Positions 33,802 through 45,639 of a DNA stretch of 64,000 nucleotides are shown one piece after another. Each line of letters begins with the position of its first letter. Position 1 is the first letter of the stretch. The notes beneath the pieces are model-generated. The model did not search any database. It saw nothing but the letters and a program-made list of their open reading frames with translations, and was not told the DNA's origin. The translations under genes and the position numbers were made by a program. Origin of the DNA: Trichodelitschia bisporula (Eukaryota). The stretch lies in NCBI GenBank assembly GCA_010356995.1, contig ML996689.1:576691-640690 (forward strand), given 5' to 3'.

Positions 33802-36575
33802 TATGCGCGGGTTGGGAGGTGTTGGAGTTGGAGTTGCGGTTCAGCCAAGGGCTATTGCCGCAGGGGAGAGGCGCGGGGACGGTTGCTGCGGCAGAGCATG
33901 CGGCCAGCGTGCTTCTGGTTGAGGGCGCTAGCTTTAGTAGTGATAGTGAGGTTGAATGGATGGTGATCGGGGGAGGTTAGGGCGAGAGAGACGGGTTAGT
34001 GGCGTGCTGTCCTAGATCTAGTGCGCAGGGCGGGTGGGGGGTTTAGATCGTGAGATTTGGGATCGCGATGGGTGAGGGAATGGGTAAGTGGTTCGGTGCT
34101 GGGGGGAGGGGGGGGATAGAACGGGAATTGGAGTGCAAGTAGGGTGGGCTGGGGGGGTTGATCTTGGTGTGCTGGGCTGCGGGGAATGCGGAGGCGAAGG
34201 TATGCAGGAGGTTGTAGGACGTGATGGGGTGGAGAAGAGAAAGGCGAGCAGAGGGGATTGGCGAGAGGGGATATGGTGACTCGATGCGGTAATGAGGAGG
34301 TAAATGCAAGAGGCACTCAGAGGAGAGGATGAGATAGAGGTGGCGATAGAGATGTAGATGAAGGTGAGATGGAGAGGGGACAGCCCTATACGAGTATGCG
34401 CTTGGCGTTTTCTGGAGCAAATGCGGAAGGGCGCAAGATTGAACAGAAGACCATTTGGAAAGAAAGGAGTCAGAGTCAGAGTTCGCGCGATTTACGGATG
34501 TACCGGTGTGCGAGACGATCAGGCACGTAAAAGGTATGGACAAGTGATGGATGAATTAGCGTAGGGTAATGGAAAGAAGAAGCGATGATGGGTTCGTACG
34601 AGTAGCAGATGCCAAACGCACATCAGACCGCACATCAGACCGCACCATTGTTATTCTCCATTCATTCCCTCTTCCTTCGCCTATCCTCTCCATCGCCTTT
34701 TTCTCTCCTCCTTCCCCACTCTTTCCCCTCGCCCTCTCCAGTCCCCACACGAGAACAGACTGTGCCCAAGCTAAACTCGGTCCGTCCTCGCGCCCCTCCC
34801 CCCTCCTTATTCTCCCCTCTAAGTTTAGCCCCAGTCCCCGCTCTTATTTCCCCTAACTCCGCCCTGGCGCTGATATACTACGTACGAGCTGGCTCCCCTC
34901 CCTCCACCACGCAGCGTTAGAGTCAAAAGGGCGTGCATCAGCAGCCTCAACCCCATCGCATGCGATCCCCGGCGCCGAGCGTTAGCGACCGACCGCACAC
35001 CATCCCATCCCAATCGCCATCCACCTACCTGACATCCACAGAAAGTCAAAACCCTCCAAAATTCACCCGCTTCCGACATCGCACCTGTCGCGTATCCTCG
35101 GCACGAGATTCCACCTGCAAGCTCCCAAAACGCAATCCTAACTCCACACTGGGGTAGTTCCCACACCACCGGGCCCGCCCGCGCAAAATGATGCGATGCC
35201 CACGCGCATGTCGCCATGCGGCGTCCCATTTGATCGATGAGGGCCTGCTTTTTTTTCTCCGGCCTGGGCGGTTACCGCGTGCCCTGACGACGTACGCCCA
35301 ATTCCCCAATCATCACTTCCCGGGCGTCGAACGGGGAGCGTGGCGCGTGCGCGGGCATATTGCTATATCAGCGCGATAGGCAACTGTCGCATCACCACCA
35401 TGATATCTCTATCGACTGCGATAAGTCTTTAAAGTTTCAATCGTCGCCATCGCATATTACCCGCTGCCGCCAGCGGCGCCCTCCGCCCCCTCCCCCGCCG
35501 CTGACTAATCCCCGCCCGGATCCCACGCCGCATCGGCAGTCCCGTGCGCACCTCCCCCCCCGGCTCCGGGGAGGGAGGGGCGCTCGGGCGGACACATACG
35601 TCACCGGTAGGGTGCAGGGGTTACCTGGAGGAGTTCGCTAGCGTAAACAGATGGGAACTGAGAAGCGCTAGGTGCGATTAATAAACATGCAGAACGCTCT
35701 CCTGCATGACGGGCAAGAGCCTTCCTACACTTCGGGTAAGAACACACCGGGTAATTGATAAGGGCAGGGACAAATCCCCGCTGTGAGCCCTGCCCGTCGC
35801 CGCTGTGCGTCGGGTGCTGGGACTCGGGGACGTACCGTAAGGGTTTGGAGCCAGTGTCGTGCGCAAAACGAAGGTTCCCGTCACTAGGGATTGCACTCGG
35901 GCCCGAGTCTGTTACACAGCGCATTCCCTCAGCGCGGGGGCGGGGATAAGCGCATCTCATTCCATTCAGCAGCTGCCCATCGCATTCGCATCGCGCGATT
36001 TGCGCGCTCACCTCGCGAACCCAATATCCACAACGTCCGCCGCAAACTCCAACAAGCCCCCATAAATGAATCGACCATTCCACACCCAACCGCTCGTCCA
36101 CGCGTCGTCATCCTCGAAGGCGTCGAGTCAATAACCGGCCAACCAACCACCGCCTTCCCTCCTCGCCTCAGTCCTGACCCAGAAAACCCCTACCCCGCCA
36201 CAGGCTAAGCATCAGCCAAGCCGCTCGGCGGGCGTTAGGTCGAAGCTTAGTTAGTTTCGGGGGGCTTGCTCGTGGACGGGCGTCTGTGCGCGGTAATGGG
36301 GTTTGCCCGTATCGGTATGTACCTGGTGCCTGGGAAGTGTCTGATATGGGAAGGCTTGAAATGCTTGAGCGACGGTGGATCGACTGGCACATCTCGAGTT
36401 GGTGGAACAGTTGTTTAGGGTGATCAAACGCGTGCGGGGAAGCTTGATATTAAGAGGCGTGAAAGGATGAATGGGAAGAGCATGGGCAGGGGGCGGAGAT
36501 GGTGCCGATGCTGATGGGAGCAAAGGCTCATTACGTGCGAAGGCAACTGTAATGCTGAAGGTCGAAGTAAAGTCA

Positions 36576-36614
36576 AAGAGAGGAAGAGAGGAAGAGAGGA
36601 AGAGAGGAAGAGAG
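36576..36614 (+). repeat. Short tandem repeat (AGAGAGGA)n, about 4-5 copies
   Basis: Direct inspection. Confidence 0.7.
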
Positions 36615-36840
36615 TCAAAGTCTCTCGAGACTTAAATACAAGATGCCAAGTATCCTCCTTTGCTGCTGCCTTCTATCCTGCGCACATTACATCATGTCTC
36701 ACAACATGCTCCTTCCATGTCTACATCAGGCGCTGTGTATATTCAACTGTATACTTGCATTCAATCGCGTTTGTTAAGCACGCGATGGTGAGCACACTAT
36801 GGCATATCGGTTGCAGTAGCTAGAGATAATAATGTGCCCT

Positions 36841-39800
36841 CTACAACGTCCACCCCCAATACATCGCGCCCTCAAGCCTCTGCACCGCACCATCCAGGCA
36901 CGGCAGCTCCTGCACCAGCGTCCCGTAAAACTCCTCCACAATCTCGACCACTCCCTTCCTTACACCCTCCTCATCCCCCAGAGTCACAGGCACCTCCCTC
37001 CTTCCCCCACCACGAAGGACAAAATACCGCCCCCCCTCGCACCGCCACCGCTCCTTAACCTCCATCTCCAGTTCCCGCCAACAATAAGCGCCGACGGCAT
37101 CAACATGCAGCTCTTCACTTCCCAGCGCCGGGCCAACCGCGTCATCTTGTCCCAGCACTATCTGCGCCGCAAAGACCGCGAAGCGCTTGAAGTACCCGAG
37201 AGCGCGTAGTGCGCGCTTGCCGTCCTCGTTCAGGCCGACCCGGCGCATGATGTAGTCGAGCGGATACATCGCATTCCGCACGACGACGAGTACGAGGCGC
37301 AGAATGTGTAGCACATGCACCTGGTCAAATAAGCCGGCGTGTATGACAAGTAGCTCGGTAGCGGCCTCGAGGCTGGCAAGCGTTGCGGCGAGGAGGCGCT
37401 GCGCGACAGCGACCGAAGCTGGCAACATGACCATGAAGGAGAAGCGCAGGTTGTCCATCTGGTGCGCCATGGCGTGCAGCACGGGTGTGGCGAGAATCCA
37501 GCCCGTGGCCGATTTGAGTGCTAGACCGATGTAGGGTGGGAAGACGGTTTGGAGGAGGACGGAGCGCAGGGTTGGTTTGTCTGCGTCGCCAGTCTCCATG
37601 GTCTGGCCGATGGCATCATTGAACTGGACTACCAGGTTGTCTTGTTGGGAATCCAGGGCGGCGCGCTCGGAAAGGTTTTGGATGAAGGCGGCGAGTTGCT
37701 TGACGGCGCGGGGCTCGCTGAGCTTTGTGCTGTATGACTTGAGCCGGCCGACGACGTAGGCTGGGTCGTGTACTGGGAGCGGGAAGGCGGCGCTGTCGGT
37801 GAAGAATAGGTCGACGGGTGTGATATCTGAGGTGTACTGCTGGATATAGGAGACCAAGCTCTGTGCGAAGGTGGTATATGCGCTCTTGGTGGGGTCGGCA
37901 TTCTGCAGGCCCAAGTAGTTACGCTTCACGGCCGTCATCAAGCTTTTGAGGTGCGATGTGTACATGCGCCGAAGATCGGGAAGCGCACTGGGTTCAGTCG
38001 CGCTGACCAGGTCATAGTGCTCCCGCATGTTCTCCAGAACACTGGATATCAGTGAAAGACGTCGCTCGCGGAGTTCGGCGGCAGATATACCATATCTTGT
38101 CGATTTGGCAGTCTTTGCAAACGGCAGGTTTCGAAGCAAGCAATTCTCGCCATCTGCATTCAGCAGAACCGATGTGAGGTGATGCTGGAACTTGAGCATG
38201 GAGTCTCGCTCAACCAGCGACACAAGCCAGGCTGAGATAAACTGTGCATGATTGCTCGTAAGCGCACTGCTGTCATACTTGACAAGGGCCGACAGGAAGT
38301 ACGGTCCGTACTTGCGCTTCTGCGGAGTGTCCCCTAGCTGGGACCACGAGCTGGAGCCATAGCTGTCGAGGAAGCTGTTCCACTCCTTTTCGCCCTGCTT
38401 GACCATAAGACAAGCCAGCCTTGCCCATGTATCGACCACAGATGTGAGAAGGCTGTCTTCTGGTGGTAACTCCGCGCCAAAGCAGTTCGAGAGCAGCTGG
38501 GAAAGGGGCTCCAAGATGAACTGCAGCAAGCTCTGAGATGGAGCAGCCTTTGGGACCTCTTCAAGGTCAAACTCGGGCCATTCGCCATAATCTTGACTCT
38601 CCTCGTTGCTGACGAGCGCGGCAGCCTTTTGACGGCTCGCCTCGAGGCCGCCGAGGAGTGCTTCAAACACCAGAAGGAGCTCCTGCATCAGGCCACATGA
38701 CTTGGCCGTCTTGACATCGAATACCGCAGCCACTTGACTGATACCAGATTTCCGAACAAGCTCCACAACCGGGTTAAGTTCCTTGGATGCACCGATTGCC
38801 GCTTTCATTCCAGACACAGCATCTATCAGCGTTCCTAGGACTTGAGCTTGATTCTGGCCGATGGTGATAGTTAGGACATCAAGCGAGAAGGCCTCCCGCG
38901 ATTCTTCAATCGCTGCTTCGTATTGGCTCTCAGCTTCGGTGCGGGCCAGGCGATATTGGTATATTGTCTGTTGAACAATGTCGCTAAACCATTCCGCAAA
39001 GGGCTCGAGAGCGCTGACAGGCTCATCGGTGGAGAGCTGGAAGCGGACCAAGATGGTCCAGGCTCTCACATTAAGGCGACAGGCTTCGCGATGAGATGTC
39101 GCATGGTCAACGAGATTTCGGATCAGCTGCAATCGCGGTCGAAATGCGGGCGGAGATGCCCAGTACAGTGTGCAAAGGAGGTCATGGTGGTTGCGAAGGG
39201 CGTCTAGATCGTGCTGCTTTAGCTCCTTGTCCTTGGGATACGTCCGGCCATGGTTCGGAATGCACCGCCAAACCAAACTCCGGACAGCCTTGTCGGGACA
39301 CAGCCCTTGCATGCCCTTCAGCCCAAGTGCGATAATCTTCAGGAAAATGTGGAAAGACTTGTCTTCCGACACGACATTCAGTTGCGGGTCCTGCTCAAGA
39401 TTCTCGAGGAACCGGGGGGAGCCGGACAGGTTCTCGTTGCGCAACGGGGCCAGGCCATTTCTGGCAAAGAAATCGAAGATCGTCCCAATGATTGAGTCGC
39501 ATTTTCTCCAACCCCAAGCTTGGATGAGGTGGTGGCATCGCGCTAAAGTCGCTCGAATGTAGTTGTTGATGGTGGAACCAGGCTGGGTCGATGTTGCCGA
39601 ATACAGTGTAAGCACCCGAGACACAAGGGCCTTGACAACATCCCAGTTGTCCCACGACTGCGAGAAGCGCTTTCCAACCTCAAGCAAGCCGCCGTCATCC
39701 ATTTCCAGGAATGGGAGCACGGTGAAGATATCGTACCACACCTGTTCAAATCCTGCAACATGATGCAAGTGACTGACAGAAGGCTGAGTCTCTTCATTAA

Positions 39801-42800
39801 ACCCCTTCCAGAAGGTTTGAGGTGCTTGAGTGCCTTTTTGCAGTGCATGCCACAGAACCACGACTGCCTCGACTGTAGCTTGCTCCTCTCGTATACCCGC
39901 TTCTCGTACGGAATGCCGTCGATTGTCATCAAGAAAAGTCCGCAAAGATTTCAGGCTGTTGCGGATGAGAAAGCGCTGGACACTGTTCGTAAAGACGGAA
40001 AGAAACTGTTCAAGGCGTGTGCGGATCCCGGAATCTGCCGTCTCATGCTGTGAGATGCCCGTAAGTTGCGCCAGGAGGGACACAAGCAGCGAGCAAAGAT
40101 GCAACACCGGGCCCAGTAAGATAAGGTCGCTACCGTGGCAAGAATTCAGCAGTTGGAGGGCGGCGACGCTCATGGGCTCCAAGCTTCCGAGAAACGTAGC
40201 CACACAGGAAGATCGATCGATCGGATCCGAGAAACTGAGCCAGCTGGAATTGAGCTTGATGACCTTGCGAAGGAGTAAGGTTGCTGCTCTGATTGCCTGA
40301 GTTGGCCGAGTAAAGTCCGTAAAGCCCCCTACTGGTGGCCCCAGCGATTCCAGATGCGCAGCGGAATTGTGGAATACATGCTGAACGGTCGTCGCCATTT
40401 CGTCGTTCCAGCTTGTCCAAGTACATGTAAGATCGCTGAGGGCCGCTACATGCGAGCCAGCGTCTAGGTCGAGATCCCGAGCCATGGTCAAGCAGTTGCG
40501 GTATTCGCCACTACCGACAAATGTTGAATCGTGGAAGTACGTCCCAAGAGGGAGTGGAAGTACATCAAAATCGATCGAATATAGCATTCCGAAGGATCCC
40601 AACCCTGCAAGAACCTCTGGGCCATCATCTATCATGTCGATGTCGATGACATCTGCCGGAGGAGGGTTGAATTCGATTGGCTGCCGATATTCCTGGGTTT
40701 CGACATCCACCCTCCTCGCAGGCCGTTTCCGCGGCTTTGGCTTAGCGACACGCTTCGGAGCCGGCGCATTCTGGGCTTCATTTCCCTCAAGAGTGGGTCC
40801 AGGATGCTGCTCGAACTCAACTTCTTGCTGTAGGTATCTAGCCAGCTGAGGGTTGCGAAATTCGTCCGAGTGAAGCCTGTACTCGCGTTCCACCTGACGG
40901 AGACCCTGCGCAAAGGCTGACGTGCCATGCCTGGAGGCAGTTCCTGTCTCCACAACCTCGAGCTGAGCATCTCGCCAGGCGGGTTGCACGCCTCGAAACA
41001 GGTTTCGAACGCGAGGCTTTGGTTGTCGGGCCTTTGGCGGCGGCATATTTCTTGCTTCCGCAGCAGGGGTGGACACTACATTCAGCAGAGTTTGGCGCTT
41101 TCTTTGCAGTTGGGACTTTGAACTCGACTTCGTAGTCACGGAAGCATTGACTGGTTGCGGGAGCAACTGCTGCTGCTTTGATGATGCTTGTGTCCGTGGT
41201 GGGTGTACATCACTTCTCGGAGTTTTCCGTACACGTTTCGGTATGGTACCTTCCCGCCATCTTTGCAAAGTGGCATTCGCATCTTGAGTGTCTTGTCGGG
41301 TTTGCAATCTGATGTGCTTGTTCACAGGGCGGTGGCGACCTTCGTCAGGCATGCGCCGTGCCTGTCGAACTGCAATTTTTAGGAAAGCTGGCATCGACCG
41401 TGGACTGGGCGGATCTGCCTCAACGGCATCTAGTATCCCCAACTTCGGAGGCTTCTTCCTCCGTGCAACACTGCGCGATGCCCCAGCACCAGTATCACGC
41501 GGTGCGCCAATACCGGACCCTGTGCTCCGATAGTTGGTGGCGCTAGGCTGCCCTTTTGGCTTAGAGAAGACATCGGTAATCCTGGGCTGCCTCTTCTTTG
41601 GCTTCCTCTGAGCTGGATTTCGATGACTCTGCCCCATTCGGTCGACCCTATTGTCCTCCATGGCCTCGCTACCGCTGGACTCGCCGGCACGTGCGCGACG
41701 GAAGCCTCGGGAGGAGACCGATTGGATCTCCACGGAGTGCCGAGACTTGGGCCGAGAGACCGTAGGTGTGAATGCAGTGTCTGTCGGAGGTTCTGAGTCA
41801 TCGGACATGTCAATAGAGAGTGGATCAAAGCGGGGATTTCGCTGTGGAGTCAGCCGGGATTGAACTCTGCGCGCGACGCCGGTCTGATGTGCTTCACGGT
41901 CATCAGGCTTTGACGGCCGTGCCGGTTTGGGATCCGGGTTTTGCCCTTGTGCCTTCAGGTCAAGTTTCAACCAAGAGGCGGGTAGTACCCCCTTGATTCG
42001 TCGGCGGACAAGTTGTACTTCCCCTGGATCCTCACTTTCAGGCTCTGATGCCGAACTTGAGTCCGAAATCACGACTGGGGAGGGCTTCGAATGCCTCAGG
42101 CTAGATGAAGTGTTCAAGACACGTCGAGCAGTGGGTCCGAGAGGGGTGTCGTTCAGTGAGAGGCCGTCGGACGGCGGAAAGGCGGGAGTTTGAGGCTCAT
42201 CATCTGGAAGGTTGGGGCCAATCTCAACCGCTGTCATCCTCGGGGGGGCGGGTAGCGTGTCCCCTTGTGGAAGACTTCTCAGTTCCGAGTCCCCAATCGT
42301 TGGCATTTGCAAACTCCCAGGACGTCGATGGCCTCTCCGAGCCTGGAAGCCCATTCCATGGCCGGGGCTTGAAATGCGTGACACCGCGTGTGGACGTGGA
42401 GGGCTGGGAGGCACATCGAACATGTCCACGTCTTCGTCGACTGGAACACGATGCGTAGGACCGTCCACCCCTAGTCGACGGCCAACGTTGCCACTTCGGT
42501 AAACGTGCTTCGTTTTGCGTCGCTTATTGCCCAGAGCTACCGCCTCCCCGGAAGAGCGGAATAACTCATTGATGTCTGGAAGGTCGTCCGTACCAGACCT
42601 GTAGCCAGGCGGTGAAGATGGCGGCTGTGAAGGTGGAGGCCGTGGGATCCGTACAGGCCGTACCGCAGAATTGGGCTGAGCGGAAGAGAAGCTCTTCGTA
42701 CGCCGATGCCCCCGATTAGTCGCAGGAGCCGGGCGCTTCTCTTGAGATTCTTCCGCTTCCCCGCTTGAAGCCTCACTGACTTGTGTCTCCTCCTGCGCCT

Positions 42801-43539
42801 GTTCAATGCGGACCGGTTTCACTCCCCGAGCTTTGAGAGTTTGCTTGTATTTCTCCATCTCTAGCAGGTAAGGATGGAGCTGGATTGGGTTGCGTTTCCG
42901 CAAGCTCCGTTCCGGCCGTCCTTGTAATTCCCATGCCGCTTGTAAATCAGACTCCGGCACCACCGGCCTCTCAGTGCTTGGTGCTGGTCGAGAATGTTTT
43001 TGATGTTGTGGCCGCACCATAGATGATGTAAAAGGCAGAGTAGGGAGACCATCATCTGACTTCTCGTTTTGTGATGCGGGTCTTGACGGCCAGTCGGGCA
43101 AGGATGTGAGAAGGGACGACGCGCGGGATTCATTCCCACCCCCTTGAGCGATCCGATCGCGGTGCGGGGAACTCGTGAACTTGGTCACCGAAGAGATGCG
43201 GAACGGGGTCGATTCGAGCTGCAGCTCGTCCAACTCTATGGCATTTCTGCCCAGCTGCTCCGCAATTTCTTCATCGCGAATTCCACCGTCCTGAGAGCCT
43301 TCCTCGGGTCGAGCCCGTACGATTTGCGGTGCATGATATGGTTGAGCAGTCTTTGCGGCGTCGGCGGATTGTGTGGCCTCGGCGGCGTCTGCGTCTTCGT
43401 GATCATGCTCAATGAGATCGGCGTCATTGCGTGGCGTTGGGTCGTCGTGTGGCGTGCTTTGGGTTTCGATATCTTCGTCTTCGAGTATGCCTTCGTCTTC
43501 CGAGTCGGGAACGTACCCCAGCTCCCTCCATCGCTTCAT
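36841..43539 (-). CDS. MMS22: DNA repair protein Mms22/Mus7
   Basis: Likely start MKRWRELGYVPDSEDE (ATG 43539); about 2230-aa intronless ORF; RSLRKRNPIQLHPYLLE, IKGVLPASWLKLD, LRNHHDLLCTLYWASP, SHREAC motifs recalled from fungal Mus7/Mms22. Confidence 0.85.
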   Translation of the reverse strand: MKRWRELGYVPDSEDEGILEDEDIETQSTPHDDPTPRNDADLIEHDHEDADAAEATQSADAAKTAQPYHAPQIVRARPEEGSQDGGIRDEEIAEQLGRNAIELDELQLESTPFRISSVTKFTSSPHRDRIAQGGGNESRASSLLTSLPDWPSRPASQNEKSDDGLPTLPFTSSMVRPQHQKHSRPAPSTERPVVPESDLQAAWELQGRPERSLRKRNPIQLHPYLLEMEKYKQTLKARGVKPVRIEQAQEETQVSEASSGEAEESQEKRPAPATNRGHRRTKSFSSAQPNSAVRPVRIPRPPPSQPPSSPPGYRSGTDDLPDINELFRSSGEAVALGNKRRKTKHVYRSGNVGRRLGVDGPTHRVPVDEDVDMFDVPPSPPRPHAVSRISSPGHGMGFQARRGHRRPGSLQMPTIGDSELRSLPQGDTLPAPPRMTAVEIGPNLPDDEPQTPAFPPSDGLSLNDTPLGPTARRVLNTSSSLRHSKPSPVVISDSSSASEPESEDPGEVQLVRRRIKGVLPASWLKLDLKAQGQNPDPKPARPSKPDDREAHQTGVARRVQSRLTPQRNPRFDPLSIDMSDDSEPPTDTAFTPTVSRPKSRHSVEIQSVSSRGFRRARAGESSGSEAMEDNRVDRMGQSHRNPAQRKPKKRQPRITDVFSKPKGQPSATNYRSTGSGIGAPRDTGAGASRSVARRKKPPKLGILDAVEADPPSPRSMPAFLKIAVRQARRMPDEGRHRPVNKHIRLQTRQDTQDANATLQRWREGTIPKRVRKTPRSDVHPPRTQASSKQQQLLPQPVNASVTTKSSSKSQLQRKRQTLLNVVSTPAAEARNMPPPKARQPKPRVRNLFRGVQPAWRDAQLEVVETGTASRHGTSAFAQGLRQVEREYRLHSDEFRNPQLARYLQQEVEFEQHPGPTLEGNEAQNAPAPKRVAKPKPRKRPARRVDVETQEYRQPIEFNPPPADVIDIDMIDDGPEVLAGLGSFGMLYSIDFDVLPLPLGTYFHDSTFVGSGEYRNCLTMARDLDLDAGSHVAALSDLTCTWTSWNDEMATTVQHVFHNSAAHLESLGPPVGGFTDFTRPTQAIRAATLLLRKVIKLNSSWLSFSDPIDRSSCVATFLGSLEPMSVAALQLLNSCHGSDLILLGPVLHLCSLLVSLLAQLTGISQHETADSGIRTRLEQFLSVFTNSVQRFLIRNSLKSLRTFLDDNRRHSVREAGIREEQATVEAVVVLWHALQKGTQAPQTFWKGFNEETQPSVSHLHHVAGFEQVWYDIFTVLPFLEMDDGGLLEVGKRFSQSWDNWDVVKALVSRVLTLYSATSTQPGSTINNYIRATLARCHHLIQAWGWRKCDSIIGTIFDFFARNGLAPLRNENLSGSPRFLENLEQDPQLNVVSEDKSFHIFLKIIALGLKGMQGLCPDKAVRSLVWRCIPNHGRTYPKDKELKQHDLDALRNHHDLLCTLYWASPPAFRPRLQLIRNLVDHATSHREACRLNVRAWTILVRFQLSTDEPVSALEPFAEWFSDIVQQTIYQYRLARTEAESQYEAAIEESREAFSLDVLTITIGQNQAQVLGTLIDAVSGMKAAIGASKELNPVVELVRKSGISQVAAVFDVKTAKSCGLMQELLLVFEALLGGLEASRQKAAALVSNEESQDYGEWPEFDLEEVPKAAPSQSLLQFILEPLSQLLSNCFGAELPPEDSLLTSVVDTWARLACLMVKQGEKEWNSFLDSYGSSSWSQLGDTPQKRKYGPYFLSALVKYDSSALTSNHAQFISAWLVSLVERDSMLKFQHHLTSVLLNADGENCLLRNLPFAKTAKSTRYGISAAELRERRLSLISSVLENMREHYDLVSATEPSALPDLRRMYTSHLKSLMTAVKRNYLGLQNADPTKSAYTTFAQSLVSYIQQYTSDITPVDLFFTDSAAFPLPVHDPAYVVGRLKSYSTKLSEPRAVKQLAAFIQNLSERAALDSQQDNLVVQFNDAIGQTMETGDADKPTLRSVLLQTVFPPYIGLALKSATGWILATPVLHAMAHQMDNLRFSFMVMLPASVAVAQRLLAATLASLEAATELLVIHAGLFDQVHVLHILRLVLVVVRNAMYPLDYIMRRVGLNEDGKRALRALGYFKRFAVFAAQIVLGQDDAVGPALGSEELHVDAVGAYCWRELEMEVKERWRCEGGRYFVLRGGGRREVPVTLGDEEGVRKGVVEIVEEFYGTLVQELPCLDGAVQRLEGAMYWGWTL

Positions 43540-43756
43540 TGGAACGTGTGTGCATTCCGGAAAGTGAACATGCGGAAAGCGTGGGGATGTTGGATGAGTG
43601 CACTCAAGCCTAAGACGCGTTGTGATGTCGACGCGCAGGCCTCGGGCCGTTCCGCGCCATTGCCTGATCACATGATGTGCGCAAACATTTGATTACCGCA
43701 TTTCACCCCAACTGTCTTTGCATTCACTGTTGGAGGTGCCATCGGCTTGATAATCC

Positions 43757-44095
43757 ATGGGTAGGAGAGGGTTGGTTCCTTTGGCAATTGCGACTGTCTT
43801 CGGGATTGCCAATGGTGAGTACAGACCGCTACTCCTGACAAGCAAACTTCTCACCTCTCCAGGCGTCGCCACTTTTGGCCCGGCATTCCAAGAGCAAGCC
43901 AAAGAGAAGCAGCAACTAGCAGAGTACTTCTCCACCTTACCCGGACATGGTCGCTGGAGATGCTGATGTGCTTATCCTAGGCAAGCTGCTAAGCCTCCTC
44001 AAGGAAGCTCACCTGTCAGCGAGGATGGCATGCCTCTTACTCCGCTACAACCTGCTCCGAGCAATACCAAATCAAACGCTTCCGACTCAAATTGA
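43757..44095 (+). CDS. 77-aa single-TM microprotein, PIGBOS1-like (3 exons)
   Basis: Exons 43757-43814, 43863-43923, 43981-44095; introns GTGAGT..CTGAC..CAG and GTACTT..CTGAT..TAG; spliced product MGRRGLVPLAIATVFGIANGVATFGPAFQEQAKEKQQLAEQAAKPPQGSS...ASDSN*. Confidence 0.75.
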
Positions 44096-44599
44096 CGGAC
44101 TGAGCACAGTCTAGTTCTAGTTCTAGTCTTCGGCCGCAGCACCGGTCCCTAAGCCTAAGGAAAGCAAATCACCGTTGCATAGCTTCGGACGCCAATCATG
44201 TACAACCCAAACTCAGAGTCTTTGAACTTCGGATTTCGCGTACTGTGCTGCCTTTTGGTTCGAGCAAGCGACTGTGTTCTAGTGCCCGCCAATGTAGCTG
44301 CGTCAAAATGTAGCCGCCCAACGAAACGGCGGCTCTGTATGAGAAGGATGTTTCAAGGCCTAACGATTGGACATCCGTTGTCTTCTCAGCAAAGTGATCG
44401 GAACCTTGCATCTGAAGTCTTGGCGGAGAGACCAATCCATTATATTTAGGACAATGACGCAGGCAGCTCTTTATCCGCCATTGTTCGCCACGCCCTTTCA
44501 TCTCACCATGTGCTGAGGGATACATATCTCAATCGAAAAGTGAACGCCCGGGTGTAGAGATCCATCTACTTTCTCTTTCAATTCGACCCTGTTGGCATC

Positions 44600-45639
44600 A
44601 TGTCAAATTCAACCATTTGCAGCCTGGTACCTAAAGATGCCAGCTCCGACGCAGGCGTCGCTGGTGCAGGCGTACGATTCTCGATGCCTTGTAAAGATCT
44701 AACGGACGGCTAATTATCGCAGGTTCTCCTCTCCTTCATCATAACCGCGGCGCTCTCCGTGCTCCTCAGCGCCACGATCATCCTCTCTGAACTGCGACGT
44801 AACTCCGAAGCCAAAATCTACCGCAAAATCCTCCTCTCCTTCAGCGACCAGCAGATCCTGACAGGAATCGGCATCCAAACCGTCGGCCTCGTCAAAATGG
44901 ACTCAATCGTGCCGTACCACTTCTTCATCATTTGGATGCTCTCCATGCTCTCGACTGCCACCCACGGAGCCGCCCTCCTTGCGCTCGTAAATGACTTCAG
45001 GCGCGACTGGGTCCTCCGCTGGCTGCGCCAGTTCCTCATGTTCATCAACCTGGTGCTCTCATGCACTTATGGCGTCCTGGTTGCGATGAACGTGACGAAG
45101 GACCTCCAGCCCACGCTCCCCATCTCCTGCGTCTGGAAGATCCCGGCCCGCAAAGCCCCCTCATATCTCGGCATTTCTATCGTTGGGACCATTGCCGTCA
45201 TGGCCGGCAGCTGCATCGTCTTCGCGCTCGGCGTTTGGTTCTTGCACAGCAGACGTGAGCGCTGGAATAAGATCATTCAGGTCGCGGGTTTGGCTGTGTT
45301 AACTGCCATTGGGGTGGGCGCGGCGATCAGGGTCATACTTCTATCGCAAGCGTTTGGGTCACCATCTGTATCCTTGAGGGACACCAATGAGAAGGACTGG
45401 AGTTTTGGGCAGCTGCTTCCTTTGCTCCTGCTGCTCTTGCCGCTCATGTCGGTCATCGAGCTAATTCGCGGTAAGTTCTATGCTCGAGTGGGAATAATGT
45501 GCTAATAAGACTAGGCGAAATGAGAGTACCTGCTCCAGTCATGGAAGGCGAATACATCGGAGAGGAAAAGAACCAGGCTCGGCTGTCGTTTGAGCCGAAT
45601 CCTTTCTGGGGTTCGCGGTCAAATCTTGTTGCCAAATGA
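44600..45639 (+). CDS. Multi-pass membrane protein of unknown function
   Basis: Exons 44600-44671, 44723-45470, 45515-45639; motifs DAGVAGAGVLLSF, FSDQQILTGIGI, WSFGQLLPLLLLLLP, typical of a widespread uncharacterised ascomycete TM family; about 7 hydrophobic segments. Confidence 0.8.

Noticed and set aside
43540..43671. Upstream in-frame extension of MMS22
   Set aside because: The conserved start appears to be MKRWRELGYVPDS; the extension lies in the shared divergent promoter.
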